Below, piece after piece: positions 20,269 to 31,340 of a stretch of 64,000 nt of DNA (position 1 is the stretch's first letter; each line of letters opens with the position of its first letter). The position numbers were made by a program, and so were the translations under genes. Source of the stretch: an uncultured Neisseria sp. GTDB lineage: Bacteria > Pseudomonadota > Gammaproteobacteria > Burkholderiales > UBA11063. The notes under the pieces are model-generated. The model saw only the letters and a program-made list of their open reading frames with translations. It did no database searches and was not told the DNA's origin. Location: assembly GCA_964462055.1 (NCBI GenBank), contig CAYWWJ010000004.1, forward strand, positions 22,008 to 86,007, read 5' to 3'.

Positions 20269-21462
20269 TTACATTCCCTGATCATCTGATTTAATCATCA
20301 TATGAATAGCGCTTAACATGCTTTGCCCAAGTAAATACGAGCGATAACCGCTCCAACCATGTACCGAATCAGGCAAATTATCATTATCTTTAAACGGCAT
20401 TTCCAGCGTAAAAGACAGGCAATCAAATTTATCGCCAACCCAATTCGTTGCAACAGTTGCCATTTCTGTTGAAAAATGACCTTTTTCGTAGCCATGTACC
20501 GTCTGATAGTCTGGGTTAATCATTTCAAAATATCGCTTGAATTGCGCGTCTAATCTACGTTGTTTGTCACTAAAACTCGGATTATCGTCACATCCAGCAG
20601 TAAATACATACGGAATAGCCTCATCGCCATGAATATCAAAAAACATATCACAGCCAACTTCCATCATTTTCTCGCGAACATAAAATACTTCTGGAGATTT
20701 GTCTATACTTGGCGTCAACCACTCGCGATTTAGATTGCTACCACTAGTGTTTACACGCAAATTGCCATTCGCAGCTCCATCTGGATTCATATTCGGCACC
20801 AAATAAAATACACAATCTTGTAGCAATGTATTACTCACCGAATCAGCTTCATCAATCAGGCGGTGAATTAACCCCTCCATAAACCATTCCGCCATAGTTT
20901 CACCAGGATGTTGGCGTGCGATAATCCAAATCTTATGTACCGCATGTTCGGCGTCGCCAAGCGTTATCAAATCAATATTCCGACCTTGTTTCGTTTGTCC
21001 TAAAACCGTGTGCGAGGCTATTGATGCTTCATTGCATAAGCCGATTAATTCCAGATGTTGCTGATACGAATACGGCTCAAAATACGCAAAATACACCGAA
21101 TCAGCTTCCGAACAAAGCTCAAAGTTCATGATATTCACGTCAAGCTGCGTTGGTACACGAAACCACGATTTATTGTCATAACTAACACAAATCGCATAAT
21201 CCTTCCAGCCATCAGGATATGCAGTTTTATCTATATCCAAAAAGCTTAATTTTAATGGAGTATTTGCAACATTACTTAGCTGGAAATAAAACCATTGTGC
21301 AAAATGCGAATTAGTGTCCGCTCTAATTTTAAATTGCAGATCAGCTGGATTCTCCAGACTTACTACTTCAATGCTTCCTGCATCAAAAGCTGTATTTAAC
21401 ATAATTTTTTGCGCCATCATTTGTTTTTCCTCCATACCATAAAACCCAAAATTTAAAGACAA
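20269..21462 (-). CDS. M14 family zinc carboxypeptidase (cytosolic carboxypeptidase-like)
   Basis: 397 aa. Zinc/catalytic motifs HPGET..E and DIHGDE, plus an N-terminal beta-sandwich region (FDAGSIEVV...FKIR.D). The exact start codon is uncertain. Confidence 0.8.
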   Translation of the reverse strand: MSLNFGFYGMEEKQMMAQKIMLNTAFDAGSIEVVSLENPADLQFKIRADTNSHFAQWFYFQLSNVANTPLKLSFLDIDKTAYPDGWKDYAICVSYDNKSWFRVPTQLDVNIMNFELCSEADSVYFAYFEPYSYQQHLELIGLCNEASIASHTVLGQTKQGRNIDLITLGDAEHAVHKIWIIARQHPGETMAEWFMEGLIHRLIDEADSVSNTLLQDCVFYLVPNMNPDGAANGNLRVNTSGSNLNREWLTPSIDKSPEVFYVREKMMEVGCDMFFDIHGDEAIPYVFTAGCDDNPSFSDKQRRLDAQFKRYFEMINPDYQTVHGYEKGHFSTEMATVATNWVGDKFDCLSFTLEMPFKDNDNLPDSVHGWSGYRSYLLGQSMLSAIHMMIKSDDQGM

Positions 21463-21468
21463 ACGTAT

Positions 21469-22191
21469 TTAAGCATCTTGTCTTGTATCTGCGATAACTA
21501 TTTCGCGAATACATACATTTTGTGGCTGATTATATGCAAATACTATTGATCTTGCAATATCATCTGGATTTAAGCCTTTTTCAATAGTACTAGCTTTCCA
21601 ATTTTTATAGCCATCAACAATAGCCTTATCTGTAGTATGTGACAACAATTCAGTTTCAACAACACCAGGTGCAATAATTGTCATTCTAACGTTAGAACCA
21701 GCTATTTCTGAACGAATATTTTCTGACAAAGCATGTACGGCGAATTTAGTTGCGCAATAAGCAGCATGATCAGGGAATGTCTTACGCCCAGCAATAGAAG
21801 AAATATTAACGATCGTTCCGCTATTGCGACTAATCATGCCCGCTAGGACAGTTTTTATCCCATTTAACACGCCCATAACATTGACATTCATCATATCTTG
21901 CCATTCTACTGGACCTTGACTCACAATATTACCCAAAAGCATTATGCCAGCGTTATTTACAATCAAATCAACCTTACCAAATTTTTCTTCTGCCAAATTA
22001 ACAGCATTCTGAAAATCTACTAAATTGGTAACATCAACTTTAACACAAAGTGTATTAGGTAATTTGAGCGCCTCCAACTTATCAATTCTCCGAGCCAACA
22101 ATAATAATGGATGACCAGCATTAGATAACTGCATCGCTGTAGCGCGACCAATACCAGAACTAGCGCCTGTAATAACTACTAATTTTTTCAT
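21469..22191 (-). CDS. short-chain dehydrogenase/reductase (SDR)
   Basis: 240 aa. TGASSGIG cofactor motif, NNAG, and the catalytic YCATK. Confidence 0.85.
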   Translation of the reverse strand: MKKLVVITGASSGIGRATAMQLSNAGHPLLLLARRIDKLEALKLPNTLCVKVDVTNLVDFQNAVNLAEEKFGKVDLIVNNAGIMLLGNIVSQGPVEWQDMMNVNVMGVLNGIKTVLAGMISRNSGTIVNISSIAGRKTFPDHAAYCATKFAVHALSENIRSEIAGSNVRMTIIAPGVVETELLSHTTDKAIVDGYKNWKASTIEKGLNPDDIARSIVFAYNQPQNVCIREIVIADTRQDA

Positions 22192-22450
22192 TTTGATAGC
22201 CCTTTAAAAATTTATAATTGAAGATAACCATAATGTAGAATTTTTTTGGATAAATTAATCGTCCCAACAACAAATATTATAACACAAAATGACGAATTAA
22301 TAAGCTGTTTTAATACATGTCGATAAAATTATACATTTAGTAAAAATAGCTACATTTAATATCAACTGTAATAGTTTATTTTATTAAAGGGTCACCACTA
22401 AAAATGGTATAATTACGCATATTATAGTTTCACACACAGGAGAAATATAG

Positions 22451-23920
22451 ATGCTTCGTAATTTTATACACAAGAAAAAAAGCCTATTTGTCGCAATCGC
22501 ACTTAGTTTGAGTGCGATTACTTATTCTGCTGCAGCTAGTGCCACAGAAGCTAACATGACAACCACAAATATCACAGCACCGAGTAATCCAGATTTTTCA
22601 AACATTTATGACAATGTCGGCAAATCGGTGGTAAATATCAGTGTCACCCAAACTGTAAAACCAACACAGACAATGGAAAGCACAGGCGACCCGCTATTTG
22701 ATTACTTCCTAAAACGTATGCCACAGCAACAGCAACGCCAATATAAAGCGCGTAGCCTTGGGTCTGGTTTCGTATTATCCAGCGATGGCTACATTATGAC
22801 AAATGCTCACGTAGTTGCCAATGCGGAGACAATCACAGTAAAATTCAGCGATAACAAAGAATTCAAAGCCAAAATAATTGGTGCAGATACCGATACAGAC
22901 GTTGCTGTAATTAAAATCGATGGCAAAGATTTACCAACGGTAAAAATTGGTAATCCAAATAAATTAAAACCAGGCAATTGGGTTGTAGCAATTGGCTCAC
23001 CATTTGGTCTGGAAAACACCATTACACAAGGAATTATTTCTGCATTATCACGCAATTTACCTGATGATAATTATATTCCATTTATTCAAACTGATGTACC
23101 GATAAATCCAGGTAATTCAGGTGGTCCATTAATCAATCTAGACGGCGAAGTAATCGGTATTAATTCGCAAATCTACAGCAAAACTGGCGGATACATGGGA
23201 ATCTCATTTGCCATTCCGATTGATTACGCCATAAAAGTTTCCGATCAACTAAAAGCCACAGGAAAAGTATCACGCGGACGCCTTGGAGTTGCAATTCAGT
23301 CTGTCACACCAGAACTAGCTGGATCGTTTGGTTTAAAAACTGCAATTGGCGCACTTGTAAATAGCGTTGAAGCCGATTCTGCTGCGGAAAAATCTGGAAT
23401 CCAAGTTGGCGATATTGTGCTATATGCAAATGGTCAAGAAATTACCAATAGTAGTCTATTACCAAGGATAGTCGGACAATTGGGTCCAAACCAAAAAGTT
23501 ACATTAGTAGTTTGGCGCAATAACAAACAGGTAACAATTAATGCCACAACAATGGCAACTACAGAAAACGCAACTGATGTTGCACAAAATGTAGACGCTG
23601 AAGGTAAAATTAAAAGAATTCCGCGCATTGGCGTCGCGGTTACGAGCCTAACAAAAGAACAGCTCAGGCACGCTGGCATCAAATATGGAATATTAATTCA
23701 TGGTACAGATGATGATGCACAGTTAGCTGGACTATTGCCTAATGATATAATCATTGGTGTTGGTAATACGCCAGTTACAAGTCTGAATCAATTCATTGCA
23801 ATAGTGGCAAAGGCAAAGCAAAATGATAATTTGGCATTAAAAATTTGTCGTAGTAGTGGAAATCAAAAATTCACACTATTTATTCCCGTAACCGTTGGTG
23901 CAGATAAAAAATTAAAGTAA
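22451..23920 (+). CDS. htrA: periplasmic serine endoprotease DegP/DegQ (HtrA family), two PDZ domains
   Basis: 489 aa with a signal peptide, catalytic triad context (TNAHV, DVAVIK, GNSGGPL) and two PDZ-like segments. Confidence 0.9.
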   Translation: MLRNFIHKKKSLFVAIALSLSAITYSAAASATEANMTTTNITAPSNPDFSNIYDNVGKSVVNISVTQTVKPTQTMESTGDPLFDYFLKRMPQQQQRQYKARSLGSGFVLSSDGYIMTNAHVVANAETITVKFSDNKEFKAKIIGADTDTDVAVIKIDGKDLPTVKIGNPNKLKPGNWVVAIGSPFGLENTITQGIISALSRNLPDDNYIPFIQTDVPINPGNSGGPLINLDGEVIGINSQIYSKTGGYMGISFAIPIDYAIKVSDQLKATGKVSRGRLGVAIQSVTPELAGSFGLKTAIGALVNSVEADSAAEKSGIQVGDIVLYANGQEITNSSLLPRIVGQLGPNQKVTLVVWRNNKQVTINATTMATTENATDVAQNVDAEGKIKRIPRIGVAVTSLTKEQLRHAGIKYGILIHGTDDDAQLAGLLPNDIIIGVGNTPVTSLNQFIAIVAKAKQNDNLALKICRSSGNQKFTLFIPVTVGADKKLK

Positions 23921-23946
23921 ATAAAACCAGCATTTTAGGCTAAAAC

Positions 23947-25737
23947 ATGCAAAATATTAGAAATTTCTCGATAATTGCCCATATTGATCACGGTAAATCA
24001 ACTCTTGCTGACCGTTTAATTGAATTCTGCGGAGGTCTAGACAAGCGTGAAATGGCCTCTCAAGTTCTTGACTCAATGGATATTGAAAAAGAGCGTGGCA
24101 TAACAATTAAAGCTCAAACGGCAGCCTTGCAATACAAAGCACTGAATGGACAAATATACAATCTAAACCTGATTGACACACCAGGTCACGTTGATTTTTC
24201 CTATGAAGTGTCACGTTCTTTGTCCGCATGTGAAGGGGCGCTTCTTGTAGTTGATGCATCGCAAGGCGTCGAGGCGCAAACTGTGGCAAATTGTTACACC
24301 GCAATCGAGCTTGGCGTGGAAGTATTACCCGTTTTAAATAAAATCGACCTCCCGTCTGCAGAACCAGATCGCGTTGCCGAAGAAATCGAAGATATTATTG
24401 GAATTGAAGCACTTGAGGCAACACTTTGTTCAGCTAAAACTGGGCTTGGCATTCAAGATGTACTGGAATTAGTCATTAACAAAGTACCGCCACCAAAAGG
24501 TGATATTAATAAGCCACTAAAAGCATTAATTGTTGACTCATGGTTTGACAATTACGTTGGTGTCGTAATGTTAGTGCGCATAGTTGATGGTGAATTAAAA
24601 CCCAAAGATAAAATTCGTTTCATGAGTAACAAAGCAACATATTACTGCGAACATGTTGGCGTATTTACACCAAAATCAGTAAATAAACCATCATTATCCG
24701 CAGGAGAAGTTGGTTTTGTTATCGCTGGAATCAAAGAGCTACAGTACGCAAAGGTTGGCGACACTATTACCCTAGAAAATAATCAAGCAAGCGAAAGTTT
24801 ACCTGGATTTAAAGAAATACAACCCAAAGTTTTTGCGGGACTTTACCCGGTTGAATCGCATGATTATGAAGCACTTCGCGATTCACTTGAAAAATTAAAA
24901 CTCAACGATGCATCTTTGCATTACGAACCAGAAGTATCACAAGCATTGGGATTTGGCTTTCGTTGCGGATTCTTGGGTTTATTGCATATGGAGATTGTGC
25001 AAGAACGCTTGGAACGCGAATTTGATATGGATTTAATTACAACAGCACCAACCGTTGTGTATCAAATTGTCGAAAAAGGTGGCAATGTTATTGAAATTGA
25101 AAATCCATCGCGCTTACCTGATCCGAGCAAAATAGAGGAAATTCGTGAGCCAATTATTATCGCTAACATATTGGTACCAAATGATTATCTTGGTAATGTA
25201 ATTACGCTTTGCACCGAAAAACGTGGCATACAAATAAACATGCAATACATGGGGCGCCAAGTAATGCTAAACTACGAAATGCCAATGAATGAAGTGGTTT
25301 TAGACTTCTTCGATAAATTAAAATCAGTATCGCGTGGTTATGCATCTTTTGACTACGAATTCAAAGAATTCCGCACGTCTGACTTAGTTAAATTAGACAT
25401 ATTGGTAAATGGAGAAAAAGTAGATGCATTATCATTAATTGTTCATCGCGCTAACTCAATATATAAAGCACGCGAATTAGCCGCCAAATTGCGACAATTA
25501 ATCCCTCGGCAAATGTTTGATATCGCTGTACAAGCTGCAATTGGCGCAAATATTATAGCACGTGAAACTATCAAAGCAATGCGGAAAAATGTACTCGCAA
25601 AATGCTATGGTGGCGATATTAGCCGTAAGAAAAAACTGCTTGAAAAGCAAAAAGCTGGTAAAAAGCGTATGAAGCAAGTTGGTAATGTTGAGATTCCACA
25701 ATCTGCATTCTTGGCTATATTGCAAGTTGATAACTAA
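23947..25737 (+). CDS. lepA: elongation factor 4
   Basis: 596 aa. [33 protein letters not shown], and the conserved LepA C-terminal domain. Confidence 0.95.
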   Translation: MQNIRNFSIIAHIDHGKSTLADRLIEFCGGLDKREMASQVLDSMDIEKERGITIKAQTAALQYKALNGQIYNLNLIDTPGHVDFSYEVSRSLSACEGALLVVDASQGVEAQTVANCYTAIELGVEVLPVLNKIDLPSAEPDRVAEEIEDIIGIEALEATLCSAKTGLGIQDVLELVINKVPPPKGDINKPLKALIVDSWFDNYVGVVMLVRIVDGELKPKDKIRFMSNKATYYCEHVGVFTPKSVNKPSLSAGEVGFVIAGIKELQYAKVGDTITLENNQASESLPGFKEIQPKVFAGLYPVESHDYEALRDSLEKLKLNDASLHYEPEVSQALGFGFRCGFLGLLHMEIVQERLEREFDMDLITTAPTVVYQIVEKGGNVIEIENPSRLPDPSKIEEIREPIIIANILVPNDYLGNVITLCTEKRGIQINMQYMGRQVMLNYEMPMNEVVLDFFDKLKSVSRGYASFDYEFKEFRTSDLVKLDILVNGEKVDALSLIVHRANSIYKARELAAKLRQLIPRQMFDIAVQAAIGANIIARETIKAMRKNVLAKCYGGDISRKKKLLEKQKAGKKRMKQVGNVEIPQSAFLAILQVDN

Positions 25738-25763
25738 AGAAATACACGAATTGTAAAGTAAAG

Positions 25764-25887
25764 ATAACTACTTAGCAACATTAAGCGTATACACGAACAA
25801 ATTAATTTTTCCCTCATGAGTTATCACAAAATCGGTAAAAATCAATTTGTTCGTGTATAATTATAACCATCATTGCTGAGTAGTTAT
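25764..25887. repeat. family-C palindromic intergenic element (about 124 bp)
   Basis: Two nested arm pairs. ATAACTACTTAGCAA pairs with TTGCTGAGTAGTTAT, and TATACACGAACAAATT pairs with AATTTGTTCGTGTATA. A related element flanks the MITE at 48269-48583. Confidence 0.7.
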
Positions 25888-25930
25888 AAGTGAAGTGCGA
25901 AAAACCATAACAATATCAAAGGAGATTAAA

Positions 25931-27355
25931 ATGAAAAAATGCCCATTTACTAAAGCAAATGGCGCACCAGTTACTGAAGACCAAAACAGTATAAGTGCTG
26001 GCAGCCAAGGTTCATTAACTTTTGATAATTTTTACCTATTTGAAAAATTAGCTCATTTTAATCGAGAACGAATTCCTGAACGAGTTGTACATGCCAGAGG
26101 CAATGGCGCATATGGAACATTTACTCTTACTAAAGACATGTCCGAATATACTATCGCTGATTTCCTAACTGGTGTTGATAAAAAAACTCCCTTATTAATT
26201 CGTTTTTCAACTGTCGGCGGCGGGCAAGATTCTAATGATTATGCACGCGATCCACGTGGATTTGCGGTTAAATTTTACACACAACAAGGAAATTGGGATA
26301 TGGTGGGAAATAATACCCCGGTATTTTTCCTACGCGATCCAATTAAATTCCCTGACTTCATTCATTCACAAAAAAAAGATCCACAAACTAATTTACCAGA
26401 TCCAGCTCATGCATTTGAATTTTGGGCAAATTCCCCACAATCATTACACCAAATGACAATATTAATGTCAGATCGTGGTATTCCCGCAACATTACGCCAC
26501 ATGCATGGATTTAGTTCACATACATTAAGTTTTTACAATAATAAAAACGAACGATATTGGGTAAAATGGCATTTTAAAACAAAACAAGGCATTAAAAATC
26601 TTACAAATGAAGAAGCTGCTAAAATGCCGAGTTTTGGCGCACAAAAAGACCTAGTTGATTCCATAAATCGTGGTGATTTTCCAAAATGGGCGGTCAAAGT
26701 ACAAATTATGACAACCGAACAAGCAAAAAATTACCATATTAATCCATTTGATCTAACTAAAATATGGCCACATAAAGATTTTCCATTAATTGAAATTGGC
26801 GAATTAGAATTAAACAAAAATGTGGAAAATTACTTTCTTGAAGTTGAACAAGCCGCATTTAGCCCAAGCAATTTTGTTCCAGGAGTCGGGGCATCACCAG
26901 ATAAAATGTTACAAGCCCGTTTATTGGCTTATCCAGATGCGCACCGTTATCGATTAGGCACAAATTTCACGCATTTGGACGTAAATAAACCACTTTGTCC
27001 AGTAAATAATTATCAACGAGATGGAAATATGGCAAGCAAATCCTCCATAGCATCACAAACAAATTATTATCCAAACTTAAATAATAATGCTCCACAAATA
27101 TCCACGGAATACACCGAACCACCCATACCAATTTTGGAAGATGCATGGATAAAAGCCTATGACACGCAGAATGAAGATAATTTCAAACAAGCTGGGGATC
27201 TGTATCGCCTTATGACTGAAGAACAAAAAAATATTTTAGTAGAAAATATCACTAATGGGCTAAGTCGGGCAACTAAAGAAGTTCAAGAAATTATGTTAAA
27301 GCAATTTTATGCTGCCGACCAAGACTACGGAAATAGAGTCCAGAAGGGATTATAA
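25931..27355 (+). CDS. katA: monofunctional haem catalase (small-subunit type)
   Basis: The track ORF starts at GTG 25895. ATG 25931 is preceded by GGAGA and gives MKKCPFT.... Catalase motifs are present: FNRERIPERVVHARG, RFSTVGG, and the proximal Tyr region RLLAYPDAHRYRLG. Confidence 0.9.
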   Translation: MKKCPFTKANGAPVTEDQNSISAGSQGSLTFDNFYLFEKLAHFNRERIPERVVHARGNGAYGTFTLTKDMSEYTIADFLTGVDKKTPLLIRFSTVGGGQDSNDYARDPRGFAVKFYTQQGNWDMVGNNTPVFFLRDPIKFPDFIHSQKKDPQTNLPDPAHAFEFWANSPQSLHQMTILMSDRGIPATLRHMHGFSSHTLSFYNNKNERYWVKWHFKTKQGIKNLTNEEAAKMPSFGAQKDLVDSINRGDFPKWAVKVQIMTTEQAKNYHINPFDLTKIWPHKDFPLIEIGELELNKNVENYFLEVEQAAFSPSNFVPGVGASPDKMLQARLLAYPDAHRYRLGTNFTHLDVNKPLCPVNNYQRDGNMASKSSIASQTNYYPNLNNNAPQISTEYTEPPIPILEDAWIKAYDTQNEDNFKQAGDLYRLMTEEQKNILVENITNGLSRATKEVQEIMLKQFYAADQDYGNRVQKGL

Positions 27356-27898
27356 TAACGAATGAATTACGCGTGGTAAAATTTTATGCTCAAGATTTAA
27401 TACTCGTTCAGTTAATGATTGCAACGTTTCATTTTCTTTAATTTCCAAGGCTTCTTGAGCTAAAATTGGTCCACAGTCCAATTTATCGGTTACAATATGA
27501 ACTGTTACTCCTGTGACTTTAGCGCCGTAGTCAAAAGCTTGTTTTACCGCATCAACGCCAATAAAAGCGGGTAATAACGATGGGTGAATATTAATAATCT
27601 GATTAGGAAATTGTTGCACAAATGAACTAGTCAAAATACGCATGAATCCAGCCAACACAATTAATTTTGGCTGGATTTTGTTTATTTCATTCGCTAGAAC
27701 TGCATCAAACGCTTCTCGATTCGGATACTGCTTATTTTCTATTATAAGAGTATTAATTCCCTTGGATTTGGCAAATTCTATTCCTGCTGCATCTGCCTTA
27801 TTACTAATTACACATTTTATTTGTAAGCCTAAGCCTGCCTCATAAATTGCTTTTAAATTAGAGCCACGTCCAGAAATTAATACCACAATTCCATTCAT
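27350..27898 (-). CDS. purN: phosphoribosylglycinamide formyltransferase
   Basis: 182 aa. VLISGRGSNL, NIHPSLLP, and the VTVHIV..LD.GPI motif. Confidence 0.9.
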   Translation of the reverse strand: MNGIVVLISGRGSNLKAIYEAGLGLQIKCVISNKADAAGIEFAKSKGINTLIIENKQYPNREAFDAVLANEINKIQPKLIVLAGFMRILTSSFVQQFPNQIINIHPSLLPAFIGVDAVKQAFDYGAKVTGVTVHIVTDKLDCGPILAQEALEIKENETLQSLTERVLNLEHKILPRVIHSLL

Positions 27899-28614
27899 AT
27901 TTTAACCCAATCAATGGAATTTTTACCATGTCCAACTAGATATTGATTTGCTTTTGAAAAATGTCCACACCCGATAAACCCCATATGCGCAGAAAGTGGT
28001 GACGGATGACTACTTTCTAGGATTAAATGCTTTTCTTTACTGATAAATAATCGCTTTTGCTTAGCAAAATTTCCCCACAACATAAACACTATATCGTTGT
28101 AATTTAGACTTATATATTTGATAATTGCATCGGTAACATGAGACCAGCCAATATGAGCCAATGAATTCGCTTGATTTTGTAGCACAGTTAAACTTGAATT
28201 CAGCAGTAAAACTCCTTGCTTTGCCCAGTGAATTAACAATTCGCCATTGGCATTACTTAAATCGGCTTCCTTATATTCCAAAGATAATTCTTTGTAAATG
28301 TTGCGTAATGACGGTGGCAATTTTATTCCTGCATTTACAGCAAATGCCAAACCATTGGCTTCATATTCGCCGTGGTATGGATCTTGTCCTAAAATCACAA
28401 CTTTAATTTCGCTAGGTTTCACATATGCCAACGCATTGAAAATTAACTCACATGGTGGATAAATTTCGTTGCTAGCACTCAACTTTTGTAATTTTTGATC
28501 AATATCAATCAATTGAGAGCTACATGTTGTGAATAATATTGATCGCCATGTTTCATCAATATTGTTTATTGCAGGCGTTAAATATGTTAATTGCTCCAAT
28601 ATGGGACTTTTCAT
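27895..28614 (-). CDS. ung: uracil-DNA glycosylase
   Basis: 239 aa. Family-1 UDG motifs GQDPYH and HPSPLS. Confidence 0.9.
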   Translation of the reverse strand: MKSPILEQLTYLTPAINNIDETWRSILFTTCSSQLIDIDQKLQKLSASNEIYPPCELIFNALAYVKPSEIKVVILGQDPYHGEYEANGLAFAVNAGIKLPPSLRNIYKELSLEYKEADLSNANGELLIHWAKQGVLLLNSSLTVLQNQANSLAHIGWSHVTDAIIKYISLNYNDIVFMLWGNFAKQKRLFISKEKHLILESSHPSPLSAHMGFIGCGHFSKANQYLVGHGKNSIDWVKI

Positions 28615-28619
28615 AGGGT

Positions 28620-29441
28620 CTATTTGTATTCTACCACATTAGTCATTGGCGCCACTTTTGGCTTTGGATTTAATTTATTAAAATCAATTTGCGTAGTTAA
28701 ATTATCCATCACATCTGACGCTAAACTGTCCGAAGCGTCCTTAATCAGCTTTGGAACATTATAATTTACCTGCTGATCAGGATCATTTAAAAGCTTAACT
28801 TCACCACCATGACCAGCAGCAGTAAATGCAGCAATAATCTGCTTAGTTTTGGTATTCACTAATTTATAATCAACACTTAGATCTATATTGTATATTGCAG
28901 ATGTTTTGTTAGTACCCATAATCGGATTACGATTTTCATAGGCACTAACATTATTTAGATAACCAATTAATATGTAATCTGGTTGATTATCATTCGCATT
29001 ATTGGTTGTAACTGCGCTTTCAGGTGCTGATTCTGCATTCTTTATTGCTACAGAAGATTCTTTAGGAATATTAACTGGCGGCACACTTGCCACATCCATA
29101 GCTTGAATTACAGATAAAATATCCTTTTTATTGCTTTGCCATGTCTTAATAGTTGGTGCAGCATCTACAACAGTAAATTGCCGGCTTTTAATTAATGCGC
29201 CTTTTACAGCAGCGGAAAACATCTTCATATTTTTTTCCACTCGACTTACTACCTGAGTATCAATACTAGAACTTTGAGATGAATATCCATATCCAGATTC
29301 AGAAGAGCTATGACTACTTTGTGTGTATTTTATTGGAGTTTTCACCTCCGTTGTATAAATTAAGTCCGCAACACCAACGCTTGGCACAGCAAAAACGCTG
29401 GCGCTCAATGCTATTAGTAACGTAAATACAACTTTTTTCAT
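28620..29441 (-). CDS. exported protein, possibly with a CsgG/LpoB-like fold
   Basis: 273 aa with a signal peptide, a Ser-rich linker, and a C-terminal DYILIGYLNNVS...YNIDLSVDYKLVN pattern reminiscent of CsgG/LpoB-type periplasmic proteins. The assignment is weak. Confidence 0.45.
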   Translation of the reverse strand: MKKVVFTLLIALSASVFAVPSVGVADLIYTTEVKTPIKYTQSSHSSSESGYGYSSQSSSIDTQVVSRVEKNMKMFSAAVKGALIKSRQFTVVDAAPTIKTWQSNKKDILSVIQAMDVASVPPVNIPKESSVAIKNAESAPESAVTTNNANDNQPDYILIGYLNNVSAYENRNPIMGTNKTSAIYNIDLSVDYKLVNTKTKQIIAAFTAAGHGGEVKLLNDPDQQVNYNVPKLIKDASDSLASDVMDNLTTQIDFNKLNPKPKVAPMTNVVEYK

Positions 29442-29458
29442 AATAACTCTTTCTTTTA

Positions 29459-29619
29459 ATCCCAGTCCTCACTTTTAATTTTATCTTATATTTATATAGG
29501 ATAACTTACTAATTTTTATGTTCAAAGATTACAAACTCTATATTTCTCCATCATTCACTAAAAAATTAGTAAGTTATCCTATCATATTAAAACATTCAGT
29601 AAAAAGTGAACATTGGGTT
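29459..29619. mobile_element. family-A MITE, short form (central ~90 bp missing)
   Basis: Both termini and both arms are present (ATAGGATAACTTACTAATTTTT / AAAAAATTAGTAAGTTATCCTAT). The internal junction is ...GATTACAAA|CTCTATATTTC.... Confidence 0.8.
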
Positions 29620-30207
29620 TTATTTTACCATATCTTTACGGATTTGTTTTTGACCCGTCCAAACTTGTGCGCCTTGCTCAATATTAATTAGCTTCAGATT
29701 AAATATATAAAACACATCTTTAATATTTGCATCGGATTTGGAAATATTGCTTACAAATCCATCTAATTGACATTGCGCACCTTTCATTTTACCGATTTGC
29801 GCTTTGCTACCATATAACCCTGTTTGATTTTGTCTATCTAATTCGTCAACCTGATTTTGCATTTCTTGAGTTGAAATAACGTATGTACTAGTAACTTGTG
29901 GAGAATTTGACAATTGATCCACTATAGTTTGAGTAATATTTTCTGTATCAATGTATTGATCAGTTTTATTTCTTACTTTGGTTACAGTATACGTTTTACA
30001 TTGATTGATTTTACCTGAACGAATTAATTGCGTTGCCATTTGAGTTGCAACCATATTCAAATCAGTTGAACCAAAGTCTGTATTTACTGTTTCTACCGCA
30101 TTGCTATCGCCGTAACTTACTTTACCACTACCAACAACAGGTGCATTTACCGCACACGAAGCCAACAATCCAAATGCTGCACTAGCAATGATGATTTTTT
30201 TTAACAT
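29620..30207 (-). CDS. LpoB/YcfM-like outer-membrane lipoprotein (penicillin-binding protein activator family)
   Basis: 195 aa with a lipobox (LLASCA). FGSTDLNMVATQMATQLI...V.KVRNKTDQYIDTENIT..IVDQL resembles the COG3417/LpoB family. Confidence 0.6.
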   Translation of the reverse strand: MLKKIIIASAAFGLLASCAVNAPVVGSGKVSYGDSNAVETVNTDFGSTDLNMVATQMATQLIRSGKINQCKTYTVTKVRNKTDQYIDTENITQTIVDQLSNSPQVTSTYVISTQEMQNQVDELDRQNQTGLYGSKAQIGKMKGAQCQLDGFVSNISKSDANIKDVFYIFNLKLINIEQGAQVWTGQKQIRKDMVK

Positions 30208-30257
30208 TATTTAAAACTCCTAAAAATTTACTATACTCGAAATATTTGAGTCAAAGA

Positions 30258-31340
30258 CTAAGAGTATATATTAAGTTTGCGGCTTATGGTGTGTACCGCG
30301 TCAATCAGGTGCATCACATTATCAATTTTAGCACTCGGTAATATACCATGTCCAAGGTTAAAGATATGACCATGCAATGAACCATTATTTGCTTTGGCGT
30401 AATTAGTCAAAATACGTTCAACTTCATGCCAAATCACGTCTTTGTTACCAACCGAAAGGATTACTGGGTCCATATTCCCTTGTAATACAACATCTGAACC
30501 AACAACATTTCTTGCTTGTGCCAAATCAATTGTCCAGTCCAAACCAATTGCGGTTGGATGAATATTTTTTATCTGCGGTAGCCAAATCCCACCACCTTTT
30601 GTAAATACTATACTAGGTATAGATTTACCATTGTGTTCCTTAATTAAACCATTGAGAATTTTTTGCAAATAAAATAAAGAGAATTCTTGATAGGCGGATT
30701 CACTTAAAACACCACCCCAACTATCAAAAATCATTACCACATCAACGCCAGATAAAATTTGCGCATTAAGATAATTAATTACTGCAGTGGTTAATTTATT
30801 TAACAATTTATGCAAATATGTAGGATTTTGGTACAACCAATGCTTAATTTTTAGATAATTGTCGCTTTTCCCACCCTCCAACATGTAACATGCTAAAGTA
30901 AATGGTGAACCACTAAACCCGATAAGAGGGATTTTACCGCTTAACGCTGTTTTAATATTGCCAATTGTATCCATTACATACGATAAATCTGTATTTACAT
31001 CAATTTCAGCTAAGTTATCGATATCTTTTTCGGTTTCTAATGGGTGCGTAAATTTAGGACCTTCGCCCTCTGCAAAATACAACCCCAAACCCATTGCATC
31101 AGGGACTACAAGTATATCGCTAAACATAATTGCGGCATCTAAATTAAAGCGCTCAATTGGTTGCAAAGTTACTTCACATGCAAATTCTGGGTTTTTGCAT
31201 AAATTCAAAAAGCTACCAGCACTTTCACGAATTTTTCTGTATTCTGGTAAATAACGCCCCGCTTGACGCATCATCCACAAAGGTGTATATTCAGTTTTTT
31301 TACCAGATAATGTATCTAATAGTGTGTTGTTATGGAGCAT
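30258..31340 (-). CDS. hemE: uroporphyrinogen decarboxylase
   Basis: 360 aa. PLWMMRQAGRYLPEY signature at the N-terminus. Confidence 0.95.
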   Translation of the reverse strand: MLHNNTLLDTLSGKKTEYTPLWMMRQAGRYLPEYRKIRESAGSFLNLCKNPEFACEVTLQPIERFNLDAAIMFSDILVVPDAMGLGLYFAEGEGPKFTHPLETEKDIDNLAEIDVNTDLSYVMDTIGNIKTALSGKIPLIGFSGSPFTLACYMLEGGKSDNYLKIKHWLYQNPTYLHKLLNKLTTAVINYLNAQILSGVDVVMIFDSWGGVLSESAYQEFSLFYLQKILNGLIKEHNGKSIPSIVFTKGGGIWLPQIKNIHPTAIGLDWTIDLAQARNVVGSDVVLQGNMDPVILSVGNKDVIWHEVERILTNYAKANNGSLHGHIFNLGHGILPSAKIDNVMHLIDAVHTISRKLNIYS

